Source of the DNA: Antedon mediterranea
Lineage: Eukaryota > Animalia > Echinodermata
Assembly: GCF_964355755.1 (NCBI RefSeq)
Contig: NC_092671.1
Span: 19,902,001-19,966,000, forward strand
Direction of reading: 5' to 3'
DNA: 64,000 nucleotides
Shown here: positions 1 to 11,614 of the stretch, in pieces
Layout of the letters: the number at the start of each line of letters is the position of its first letter
How positions within the stretch are numbered: the stretch's first letter is position 1
Notes under the pieces: generated by a model
Told to the model about the DNA's origin: nothing
What the model saw: the letters and a program-made list of their open reading frames with translations, nothing else
Databases searched by the model: none
Program-made: the position numbers and the translations under genes

Positions 1-480
1 AATGTGTTTTTGATTATGCTGCATCTTCTTGGTTCTGTGGAACCAGTAAAGCTATCCAAAGAAAACTACAAATTGCTCAAAACAAAATGGTTAGACTCAT
101 AAAAGGAGTTGAACCCAGAAGACATATAGGTGCTGATCAATTAGACGATTATGGATTGAATATCGAGTAAAGTTCTTGCAAATTAGCCAAGTTCATAAGA
201 TATTTATGGGCAGAAGTGCTTCATACCTAAATGAAAACTTTCGTAGAGTTAATAACTTACATGGTCACTTCACTCGTGGTAGTAAATTCAACTTCGTTGT
301 ACCTAAAGTCCAAGGCATAGAATGCAATACATTCTATTTTAATGCAATCAGAGAATGAAATAACCTTCCTGACTATATTAAACAAATTTCCAACACATCT
401 AAATTTAAAACTGAATTGAAACAATATTTCAAAATTAAACATATAAGGCGAAAGTAAATGTGCGAGTTGTTATCGCACGA
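1..480 (+). mobile_element. 3' fragment of a CR1/L2-group LINE ORF2, in intron 3 of gene A
   Basis: Broken frames read FDYAASSW...LQISQVHKIF...HFTRGSKFNFVVPK...TFYFNAIRE*NNLP...FKTELKQYF, the typical C-terminal region of CR1/L2-group ORF2; contains stops and frameshifts. Confidence 0.7.
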
Positions 481-729
481 CATACAGGGACAGTATAATA
501 TAAGAGTATAATATGTGCGGGTAATGTTTGTGTTGTTAAATTTTTAGATTTAAAGGAAGAATTTGTGAAAATCAAAATTAAATCTATGGCAATGAAATAT
601 ATTAAGATCATTGTTGTAGGAACAAAATAAACATCAGGTACGGATATTTGTTAGAAACTGTAACAACAATTTATTTAAAAACTTTCCAGATTTGACAATG
701 GAACTAAAATTAAAATTGTAACTATTTAC

Positions 730-3700
730 CTGCACAGCCGTAAAGTTCCATTCTCAAAGCAGGCCAACTACTCCAATCATATGGATAAATACGAATATAT
801 TGAGCATATACAGGAGAAGAAAAAGAATTGGTCACAACACCATCTCCGTCAGTATTTCCTGGAAACCTCTAAAATTTATAAAATCATTTTTTTAAATATA
901 TGGATATATTATCCCCCTAAAAGGTAATTTTTAAATTTTTCTTGCGGAATATGCCATTTTAATGCTACATAAAAAATAGGCCTGGGGGAGGGGTCTGATA
1001 AAAGAATACCCCCCACGAAAGCTCTGCGTGTCGTAAGAGGCGACTAAAGGAGGACTGCAGTAACAGCAGGGGGTCGGGCGCTGTTGGGTGGCACCAACAG
1101 GGTCATAAAACCGGCATATCCCCAAATACGTTCTGCAGTAGAGGCGAGTTTAGGCCGCCTCTAAATAGGCCTAGCCATGCCCTGCATTAGGCAGCAGTGA
1201 TGCAGTATGGGTGTCTCGGCGGAAGATCCATTTCTAGGACAACGGCAGACCTCAGCACACATTGTCAGGCAAGATGGTGATCCCATTTATGGCTGATAGA
1301 CTGCGGTGAAGAAGGCAACGGGAAACCACTTCACTATCATTTTTCCAAGAACAATTATGAAGTGTCACAATTCAAGAATGAAAGCTAACGGCGTAAAGGG
1401 GGTACATCCATCGTATGAAGGAGGATCCTCGCCCGGTAGGGTGACTCATGTGCGACAGGTGGAGCTTGACCGTCATCAAGCTACTGTCCGCAAGAGAAGT
1501 ACAATCAGACTAGGAACGTGGAATGTGAGGACCTTGTATCAAGATGGCAAACTTGAAAATGTTAAGCAGGAAATGATAAGACTCAATATCAATATATTAG
1601 GGATAAATGAAACTCATTGGACAAATAATGGTGAATTTATGATTGATAATTACAAGATGATTTACGCTGGAGGAGACAAACATGAAAAAGGTGTAGGGTT
1701 GCTTTTGGATGGTGATATGGCTAAATGTATGCTGGGCTATTGGTCTGTGAGTGAAAGAGTTATGCTGGTCAAACTGCAGGGACAACCCTTCAATATCTCT
1801 ATCATAGTGGTTTATGCACCTACAGCTGACAGCACAGATGAAGAGATAGATAACTTTTATGCGACCTTAGACCAGGCCAAATCCCAATGCAAATCAGATG
1901 AGATAAATTTCATCATGGGTGATCTGAATGCAAAGGTTGGCCATGAACAAGATGGAAACACAGTTGGAGAGCATGGGATGGGTGAAAGAAATGCGCGTGG
2001 CGACAGATGGGTGAACTGGTGTAAAGCTAAGGATATGACCATAACAATTACATGGTTTAAAGAGCATCCCAGACGAATATACACATGGAAGAGCCCTGGT
2101 GATGTGACGAGGAATCAGATTGACTACATTGCAGTAAACAGTAGGTGGAAAAGGGCAGTGACTCATGCAAAAACATATCCAGGGGCAGATTGTGGAAGTG
2201 ACCACATTCCAGTGGTTTGCACACTTCAATCAAAGTTAAAAAAGGTGAAGAAAGCCAAAAATGTACAGAAATTAGACTTTGAGCAGCTAAACAGTCCGGA
2301 GATCCGTTTGGAATATTCCATTCAAGTGAGGAATAAGTTTGACATCCTTGTAGATGAAGGTGAAGAGATTACGTGGGATGCAATGAGAGACATCCTTGTT
2401 GAGACAGCCAAAGAATCCTTACCTAAGAAAGAGAGAAGAAGGAAGAACAAATGGTTGTCGGAAGAGATACTATCAATGATGAGGGATAGACAGAAGATTA
2501 GTAGTAGATCAAGTAAAGAATATAAAGATCTAGATAGAGAAATTAAGCAAAAGTGCAGGGAGGCAAAAGAAAAGTGGCTTAACACACAGTGTGAGGAGAT
2601 TGAGAGTGGACTAGAGAACAACAACCACAAGATTTATCAGAGACCTAATGAGATCACTGGAAGGAAGTCTGGCTGCTCAAACTCTGGAACAATGCTTGTT
2701 GAAAAGACTGATATTTTGAAAAGATGGACAGAGTATATCGGGGAGCTGTTTTTTGATGTTAGACAAGCAATGCCAAGCTTTCCTGACTCAGAAGAAGGAC
2801 CACAGATCTTGAAAGCAGAAGTATGAACAGCAATCAAGAGGTTGAGGAAGAATAAGGCGGCAGGACCGGATGGTGTAGTCATCGAGATGATTGAGGCATT
2901 AGAAGAGTATGAAGTGGAAAAGTTAACTGAAGTGATCAATAAGATATACGAGGATGGAAGCTTCCCTGAGGACTTGAGTAAGTCCATTTTTATTGCCCTT
3001 CCGAAGAAACCAGGTGCTGTAGAATGTGAAAAACATCGTACAATCAGCCTCATGAGTCATGTCACCAAGATCATTCTGAGGATACTACTTATGAGAGCAA
3101 GAAGCAGATTAAAACCAGAGATTGGGAGTGAGCAGTTTGGTTTTGTAAAGGATTCAGGCACCAGGAATGCCATCTTTGTGATAAGAATGATAACTGAAAG
3201 GGCAGTGGAGATGCAGAAAGATGTATACATGTGTTTCATAGACTACACCAAGGCATTTGACAAAGTAAAGCATGAGCAGCTATTTCAAGAACTTAGCAAG
3301 CTTGACCTACATGGAAAGGATCTTAGATTGTTGCAAAATTTGTACTGGAAACAGACTGCATGCATGAGAGTAGATGGGGAGTGCAGTGACTACACAAGTA
3401 TTGGAAGAGGAGTGAGACAGGGCTGTGTAATGTCACCAGACTTGTTTAACTACTATAGCGAGTTGATCTTGAGGGAGCTAGATAATGAGAAGGGTTTGAG
3501 AATTTGTGGTAGAAATATTACAAACATCAGATATGCAGATCACACAGTTCTACTGGCAGAGTCAGCTGAAGATCTCCAAAGGTTGCTGGATGTGGTTGTA
3601 GTAGAGAGCGAAAAGATGGGTCTGTCTATAAATTGTAGTAAGACAGAGTGTTTAGTAGTGTCAAAAAAGGAGAGTCCAACGTGTAACCTTCAAGCAGGAG

Positions 3701-6171
3701 ACCAGTTAATTCAGCAGGTATCCTCTTTTAACTATCTTGGGAGCAAAATAACAGATGATGCCAGGTGTGTAACGGAGATAAAGAGAAGGATAGTCCTTGC
3801 GAAATCCGCATTTGGAGAAATGGAGAATATCTTGAAGAACTGTGCGATGAGTATGGAAACCAGGTTGCGTGTATTAAACTGCTACATCTATCCTGTGCTG
3901 ATGTATGGAAGTGAAGCTTGGTCAATCACAACTGACCTCAGAAAAAGATTGGAAAGCTGTGAGATGTGGTTTCTAAGGAGAATGATGAGAATTCCATGGA
4001 CAGATAGAGTTAGTAATGAAGATGTATTGATAAGAGCTGGAGTATGCAGGAAACTACTGAAGGATATTAGGATTAGACAGATGAGATTCATGGGACATGT
4101 GTTGAGGAAGGGAGGTCTGGAGAACTTGGCATTAACGGGGAAAATAGAAGGAAGAAGGAGCAGGGGGAGGAAAAGAGTCACTTGGTTGGCCAGCATAGCT
4201 GAATGGATTCGGAATAGAGGCGAGAATACCAAAGAAGTGGAGTTGCTGAATATGGCAATAGACAGAGAATTGTGGCACATGTCAACATGATCGCCAAAGT
4301 CTCATGATATGGCACTTCGAGAGAGAGAATGCCACATAATGGTTATTCACTTGAAAAATTCCTTGAACAAAATGTAATTTAAAGCAATATATACTAACTG
4401 TCATACAATCGTTTTTTTGTTAAACTGTTTCTTTTGTCTTGTTATAATATAAGTGAAATAATAATTTTTTTTTATTTTTTACGGAAGTTAATAACTTTAT
4501 TTAAACTGCAAAATGGCCTATTCAAAATCTGATTAATCTTCATTCTTCATTTTTTGGGGGACAATATAAATCTTTAAATTAATTTATGATTATTCACAAC
4601 TATTGGAAATGGGAAAATATTTTCCGCGCGGGGTGAACTGTAAAAGACAATTTGGTTAAAATTTCTTGATCACATTTGCCGTTTTTGTAAACGTACATAC
4701 TATGCTAATGTTGTGTTATGATTGTTATTCAAAATAATGTATGTAGGTAAATGAACAGTGGAGTATAATCCAACAAATTAAAAAAAAACAAGGATGAATT
4801 AAAATAACATTTTGAATAAGTAAGGCAAATTCAATGTCGCTTATACAATAAATAAACAACTAATTGTAGGCCTGATCCCGGAAAAACAATACCTTCATCC
4901 TATTTAGAACCCAGTGATAAAGGAGTGTAAATTAAAAAAAAACCTAACTACAAACAAGGCGCGTAGTGGAACGGTGGCATTGTGGTTGACATACTTGCTT
5001 ATCGATGCAAAGGTCCTTGGTTCAAATTCCTTCTGAATTATTTTATGACGGCCAAAAAAATGCACCCAGTATTGTACATACTTTAGTTTTGATGTTTCGT
5101 GTTGAGCCAAAATACAGGAAATCGGGATGGCAACTCTTGTTTTAACTACTATATTATATTTAATATTGTTACAAGAATTTTAAATTCATTACTTCAACAA
5201 TCAAACTGCAAAGCAGTGTTAAATAATATTATGATTAATTCAATATTGTTTAATCTCATCTAATTAAGAATAGGCTATCTGCTCGAGATAATCAAAGTTA
5301 TATAATGTGACATGAATCAAATTACTGCTTTTCAATTTGTTGTCAATTGTTCAGTTTTTCCTAATATAATTGTTCAATTAAAACGATTGTGTCATTGGCT
5401 TATGGTTTCCTCTTGGCCTTTTTTGCCAACTACTGTATTTAATAATAACACATTTTATTGTTAAATACTTACTCCGCCACCTACAGCCGTTATTTCAATA
5501 AAGTTATTGCCATCAGTGCTGTATTTTACGTTGTATTCCGTTACTCTTTCACTAAGTCCTCCTGATCCTTGAGTAGCCACTTGAGATACTTGTGATAAGC
5601 TACCAAGATAAACTTGGATATAGTCAGTGCTATCTTTTGTTGCAGGTGCCCAATAACCACTGCCGTGAAGTCTTCCCTTATACGGATGATTTTTTTGACT
5701 GCCGGTGTTATAGAAACTTGATGCAGTCATTTGACTATTAGGAATTCTACCATTCTCAATTCCAAGATCATTGTTGCAAGATTCTGAAAGTAAAAATTTA
5801 GTTTAGTTGCATTTTATAAGCCACATATTAAGCCTACTAAACCAAACCAGCTGCTAGGCCTAATTCGTGATTTGGGGCATTTGCAATGGTGAAGAAATCA
5901 ATTTGTTTTGTGTTTTATCATGGTATTATAAAAGCAGTGCATATATAACATAATTATGCATTCGGTAAAGAGGGAAGAGTGAAATTTTTTCTGGGTAAAT
6001 CAACAAGTACATAGTAATCCACAATTGAAGGTATTTTTAAAAACATATTAGTTTTGCAACAGCACGACCATTATTGTCAGTATTAAATAAAATAGTAGCA
6101 TACACCTTACCCCCTATAGTTATTTGGAGAAAAGCCGAAAGAAAAACACAGACGAATTTCCAACAGTTCAT
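730..6171 (-). CDS. Gene A (5' part only): secreted F5/8 type C (discoidin) domain protein, tandem paralogue of gene B; continues off the left edge
   Basis: Exons 6171-6111 (MNCWKFVCVFLSAFLQITIG, signal peptide, donor GTAAGG), 5783-5473 (ESCNNDLGIENGRIPNSQMTASS...YIQVYLG...VATQG...) and 868-730 (RFPGNTDGDGVVTNSFSSPVYAQYIRIYPYDWSSWPALRMELYGCA). All introns are GT-AG with compatible phases (1,0,1); exon lengths 61/311/139 equal those of gene B. Confidence 0.88.
973..4327 (+). mobile_element. Near full-length RTE-BovB clade LINE in intron 2 of gene A (antisense to host)
   Basis: APE endonuclease plus RT coding region; BovB-like 5' UTR motif GGCAACGGGAAACCACT; (GA)n tail at about 4319-4327; 12-bp TSD aatgctacataa (961-972) / aatgccacataa (4328-4339); a single copy of this target at the paralogous empty site 31094-31105. 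Confidence 0.95.
1357..4290 (+). pseudogene. RTE endonuclease-reverse transcriptase ORF, inactivated
   Basis: ORFs 1306-2826 and 2842-4290 are in the same frame, split by one TGA at 2824-2826. Motifs: GTWNVRTL, GDLNAKVG, NQIDYI, SDH (APE); FIDYTKAFDKV, GVRQGCVMSP (RT). The catalytic YADD reads YADH. Confidence 0.93.
4960..5045 (+). mobile_element. Degenerate tRNA-derived SINE head (paralogous copy at about 31720-31795)
   Basis: A-box-like TGGCATTGTGG and B-box-like GGTTCAAATTCC at tRNA spacing; no intact cloverleaf. Confidence 0.45.
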
Positions 6172-6379
6172 AATTATTTAAAAAAAAAATCCAACTACGA
6201 CAATGTTCCGTCTGTTGACAATAGGCCTAAACGAATACTGATATACCAATTTCTTATAACACGACACTAAATAACTGATGCATGCAAACAGACGGTACTG
6301 TGATCGTAAGTTCTAAACGGCACTGCGTTCGTGTTTCCAAATCATCTATTCAATAAACGTGCTGCAAAAGAAGGCAATC

Positions 6380-8770
6380 TAAAGGTGATTCCCACCCCAC
6401 GTTCCTTATTCAATTTTATTACGGTTTTACACAATATATTTTTGTGTTTAATATCATACAATCTATCTTGTTCAACCTCTAGAATTTCTATACGGAATTG
6501 TCTTAATAATTCTCTTTCTATAATTGTTAAATCATTTTCAATTATGGAAAGGTCAAACCAGACCTTCTTAAAGTCACCAATCCCAACACGTTATTATCAC
6601 CCCATCTCACTCATGAACCAAAATGTGTAAAAACATTGTAGTGTGTCAATACATAAAATAAGACAAAATATCAGGTCCGAAAGGTCAACTGCCCTTAACA
6701 TATCCCATGTCCCGTTAATTTCAAACAATGTCATCCATACACAAATCGGTAAAACATATTATAGTACATCATCACATACCAAAAAATAAGCAACTGACAA
6801 AATACCACGTTGTAAAGAGCATCTCATAGTTCCAATGATTAAACACAAACATATATTATGTAATAAAATTGAATAAGGCACGTGGGGTGGGGAAGGTGTG
6901 CCGGGGTAGACAGGAATGGAACTGTAAGAGGCTCTGACATGACCTTTACAACGTGGTATTTTGTCAGTTTCTGAATTTTTGGTATGTGATGACGTATGTT
7001 TTTACCGATTTTGGTATGGATGAGGTGGGTTGAAATTAATGTGAAGGGGGATATTTTGTCAGTTGGATTTTTCTTTCTGACACACTACATTAAATTAACG
7101 TGTTTGGAAAGGGATATAATAGATAGGCAGCCAAGAGGCATTTGGTTAGATGGCCGAGGTACCAATATCTGACTATGTAAGTGTGTAGGGGTTACCTAAA
7201 GTCAAAGAAAATGTGAGTCTGCCGGGCACCACCACGTAGGCCTTCAAAATAGTACCAGATAGACGAGAGGATATCACCTAATTTCACCAAACGACAGACA
7301 TTTTACCCGCTGCAATAAGCCCACCAGACTGGCGGCGGTACCAGTTAGATGAGACACCTAATTTTACCACCATGAGATGCCTATTAACATCCTTATAACA
7401 AATTCACAAACAACAGACAATGGGCCCACCAGACCCTTCTATACGGAGAGGGCCTGGAAATAGGGATAGTTGAGTTCAAATACCAAACGGGTAACGACAG
7501 ACTAATTGTCCGCTGCACCGAAAGTACCAGACACCCTTAAGTTTGAGTAGAGACCCTCCCTTTTCCCCAACTATTGAGGCTATCTTACATTTTTAGATAC
7601 CACCAGCAACCAATGTTATATGACCTAGCACATTGTAAGGAATACCAAAAGACCTACTGTAGAGTTACAGTCCACCTCTACTTCACTGCCTTGAACCTGA
7701 CAGCCCCTTACCACCCCCGCTTCCCCCAAATAGAGACCTACTCACATTGTAAGGAATATAAAATGAACTATTACAGATTACAGTACCTACTGTATATACT
7801 TTACTGCCTAAGTTCTATCATCCCCATTTGAATATAAGGTACTTAGCTCATCTGGACTGTCCTTTGCAGGTATTAGAATATAAATACCAATATTCCCGCA
7901 AAAAATCAAAACAAAAACAAGTTTAATTGAATAAAGTATATCAGTGCAATAATCTATTTGCAAATTAGAAATAAATAAAAATTAAAAGCATTATAAAGGA
8001 AAAAATGTATATAAGCTAAATAATAAAATCTCATGTTGATATAAAGTTTGCGTTACACCACGTATATTAGTTCAGAAAAGAACTGTTAAGTTTCTTGACG
8101 TTTCGATCAATATGCGTTGATTGTCCTCAGGAGTGAGGACACAATAATTGTATCACAACACATTTCCAATTAGACTGAATATAAATGTATACCTTATGAT
8201 CAATTTGAGACCAAAATTACCTTGCTGTGACCAGTTTTTGTCAAGATTGAAAGACTTATTGGTGTTTTCACATGACCTTTTGACCTTTCGCCACATTTCC
8301 AAAATGTGTAACCAAGCCAAAATTGATTCTTTGACCACCCTAAACCAATTTCTGAAGTCAAATTCTCTGGACCTAAAAGGGCATACAAAAGTTGGTCTAG
8401 CTACTAGAGTAGAGTAGTTTTACAGAAATAACCTACTCGACATACACCCATTTTTATTTACTTTTGGTAACCCTCTACACCATATAGTTAGATATTGGTA
8501 CCTAGTTTATCTAACCAAATGTCTCTGGGCTGCCGGTCTATAACTTTAAAGGGGGCTGACATGGCCTTTCCGACCTGAGAGTTTTTGTACTCACACACTT
8601 CTATGTTTGTAAAATGTTTGTCAATAGGTAAGATGGGTGAAATAAACCGTCTTTGGAGACTAGACCTGACCCACGATGTCAGGCGGAAACTTGTTTAAAT
8701 GTTTTGGTAGTTTTAACAACATCAAGGAGTCAAACCTTCTGTGTGGTATGGGGTGAAATCATATGTTACG
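6380..8770. repeat. Complex nested inverted-repeat (foldback-like) element upstream of gene A
   Basis: Inverted pairs at about 6637-6833 / 6917-7090 (including perfect CTGACAAAATACCACGTTGTAAAG), about 7118-7215 / 8445-8543, and 6671-6687 / 8562-8578; short direct repeats in 7230-7830. Confidence 0.6.
8094..8133 (-). ncRNA. Degenerate minimal type I hammerhead ribozyme, Penelope-like remnant
   Basis: Minus strand: ctc-CTGAGGA-c-aatcaa-cgcata-ttgatc-GAAAC-GTC-aag. Core present; stems I and II each carry a mismatch. Confidence 0.55.
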
Positions 8771-8851
8771 GACTCTTGGCCTAATTGTACAGTATACTGT
8801 AGAATATTTGATTGTTATAAAGGGAATTATTCTATTGTGATCATGTAATTA

Positions 8852-9027
8852 TACCGTATTTATTCGAATAAACACTCCGCTTTGAATAAACGCCGTTAAT
8901 AAACAGCAATCACTCCATAGAACTAGAAGGCATTATTTGATTTTACATGTTACCATATAATATAAAGCCTCCTTCGAATAAAAGACCATTTAAACCCTCC
9001 CGAACACTAACTTTGAATAAAACGGTA
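8852..9027. mobile_element. Tc1/mariner (pogo/Tigger-like) MITE
   Basis: TA-CCGTATTTATTCGAATAAAC ... TTTGAATAAAACGG-TA termini with internal (T)TCGAATAAAC subrepeats; related decayed sequence at about 19590-19900. Confidence 0.55.
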
Positions 9028-9221
9028 TATGAAGATGGTTAGTGTATTAAGATCTTTAGAATACATATTATTAATTGATCAGTAACAACATTCAGTTAAT
9101 GTGTAATATTTTGTTATCGGCCTAAGAGTAATAATTATAATAATATAATAATTGCTATAGCGCACATAACAAGTGCGCTCAACCACATACTGTAGCTGAT
9201 TTATGATCCGATTTCTTTTAT

Positions 9222-9656
9222 TTATCCATTCATTTCATATGCATCAGAAAAGAGGTGTGATTTTAATGCTTTTTTAAAAAGAATGAATTGTATGGAGATA
9301 ACTAATCCGTTCAGGAACAGTATTCGAAAGACGTGGAACATCAACCGAAAAAGCTCGATCTCAAACACCGGTGTCTCAAGCGACGAGTGATACGATTTTA
9401 AACGTAATTTTTTATTTGATCGAAAATTACAGATGGAAGAATATAAGCTTAGCATATCAGTTACATTTTCAAGAACTGTTCCATTGATAGCTTTAAAAAC
9501 CACCTTTGTTTACAATTCTACATTTAATACGGTAGGCAACCAGTGAAACTCCTTTAAGGTGCCTGTGATGAGAAGTTAGTAACAACTCGTGCAGCCGCAT
9601 CTTGTATGAGCTGGAGTCTATGCAGTTGTTTATTAGACCAAATAACAACGAATTAC
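9222..9656 (-). mobile_element. 3' fragment of an L2-type LINE, same family as 46005-50230
   Basis: Nucleotide similarity to 46005-46390 (e.g. CTCGTGCAGCCGCAT..TGTATGAGCTG); encodes NSLLFG...LHRLQLIQDAAAR...FKKALKSHLF. Confidence 0.75.
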
Positions 9657-9680
9657 CAGGGAGTTGTTTACAACTCCCTG
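9657..9680. mobile_element. 24-bp palindrome flanked by a 7-bp direct repeat; candidate P-element-like excision footprint
   Basis: gaattac-CAGGGAGTTGT-tt-ACAACTCCCTG-gaattac. Confidence 0.6.
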
Positions 9681-10925
9681 GAATTACACAACATTATGAC
9701 ACACCCAGACGCAAGCTGACAAGCTGTTGGTCAGCGGCTGCAGGATTTAAATTATATTTTCAAGTCAATTGATAATTCACTCCGTGTCATTGTGGTTTTA
9801 AACGATAGATAAATCATCAGCATAAAACATGATAGGCATATAAACAGTATTTCTAGGAATAGAATTATTTCCAGGATTTAAAATGAATTAGGCTAATACG
9901 TGGTAATCCGTCTATGGTCTAGACGCTAATTTAAAATTTAAGGCTTCAGTGTTTTCCAGTGAGTATCCATCAATCAAATGTGGGTGCCTTTACGTGAACT
10001 ACAATTTGTTTTAGTAATTAACTCATTATTTATGCTATTTTATTAATTACCTAATACAATATGGGTGCGATTCAATGTTACTATAGGAGGCAAGCTGGTA
10101 CAAGGATGAGGTGTGACACGTCTTTAATGTATTATCGATTATTTCAAACACATGTTATAGATGATAGATGAGATACAAACTCGATCATATACATTATATC
10201 TGTATCACAAGTTATCTAGCGTTACATCACCTTGTTCCTTTAATATTCAAATTATCTATCTTGAAAAGAAGGCCATTGGGCTTGAATTTGAGATGGGCAT
10301 TCTTTTCGAAAAGACGCCCAGTGGCTAGGTTTTACAGTATGTTCTTTCTTGAATCGAACAATAGCACGATTTCTTAAAGTCCCATTCCCATGTCTTTTAG
10401 ATCTAATTTCAGGTCACAAACTACATTTAATGTTAAAATAAATACTATAATGGTCCTATTGCGATAAATAGTTTCGTCTTTAACCGATTAAAAATGTGAA
10501 AAGTAAGTTGATCCTAATAATTTGAGCGGCCCGCTATAAATACCAACAAGCATTGCGCGCGTATCGGTATTTTTGTTTTTCTTTTCTGATTCACCTACTT
10601 TTGATCGATCGTGAAGACAAAACAAACAGAAGAATCATAACTTTTAAGCATAAATACCGGGTTCCCCCAATTTGGCAAAAACAGGAAGAAAATTAATGTA
10701 GTAACTAGAAAACGTCAGGCTAGGCCTATAGCTAGCCTACGAAGTTCGTACGTTACTACTCTCTACAAGCTAAGCTTACAAAACTAAGCTACTACTATAG
10801 ATAGTGCATTGTTTCTCTATTTTTATCATTATTAACTATAAAACGTACATTTAAGACAAGGAATGACCTTGTTTAATGTTTGTAAAGTGATGTGAGTTTG
10901 GAAAAAGAGAACAAACTACAGTTTG

Positions 10926-10974
10926 GTCTCTACAGGCCTGTTTCGTGAGTCGTGCAACTCACTCATCAGGAGAC
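10926..10974 (-). ncRNA. Type I hammerhead ribozyme, intact (Penelope-like or retrozyme remnant)
   Basis: Minus strand: GTCTC-CTGATGA-GTGAGT-tgcacg-ACTCAC-GAAA-CAGGCCTG-TA-GAGAC. Perfect core, 5-bp stem I, 6-bp stem II, palindromic stem III, GUA cleavage triplet. Confidence 0.9.
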
Positions 10975-11614
10975 TTCAATAAAAAAAATCATATATTGTA
11001 TGTAATGGGTCTTTAATTAATATAGTTTTATATTGATTTATGTGTAGTTTTATATTTACTGGTGATCATTAGGCCTCATAGAATTCTTCATAGGAACAAG
11101 ATTTAATTCTCACACTAAATGTTAGTCTACCCAACTATATAATTTAATTAATAATAATGGACGCATTTTTATTCCCCACTTGCAAGTCCAAAATGTGAAT
11201 TAAATAACATTCGAAAATAACTGTTTCTATGTTTCAGCCCACAATTTTTACAGTTTGAGCTACTATGTTTGCCAATTTTCCGACGAGTTGAAATATTCCT
11301 ATTATATTATTAACCGCCAGACGCATATGTTGCTTCTCACGAAACGACTTGTTGGTTATTACTTATATTGATTTTATTTGTAGTTTAATGTTATGTTTAC
11401 CAGTGACCATTGTGGGTCTTATAGAATTCCTGGTATGAAATTATGATTATCAATAAGCTTGAAGCTACCAAGGATGCATATAATATTTAAATAGCCGGCA
11501 AATTAATTAATAACAATAGACACGTTTTTACCAGTTTTCCCCAACTTACATGATCAAAATGTGTAATTTTATTTCCAGATATATTTAAAAAGATAGATGA
11601 TTCTAACTAATTGA

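Noticed and set aside
985-1032. Hammerhead in the RTE 5' UTR (CTGATAA...GAAA)
   Set aside because: The core is not CUGANGA and no stem II can be formed.
2824-2826. Programmed readthrough or selenocysteine between the RTE ORF halves
   Set aside because: RTE elements have a single continuous ORF here; a nonsense mutation is simpler, and the RT active site is also mutated.
1597-4280. Minus-strand ORFs overlapping the RTE
   Set aside because: Antisense shadows of the RTE coding sequence with no recognisable motifs.
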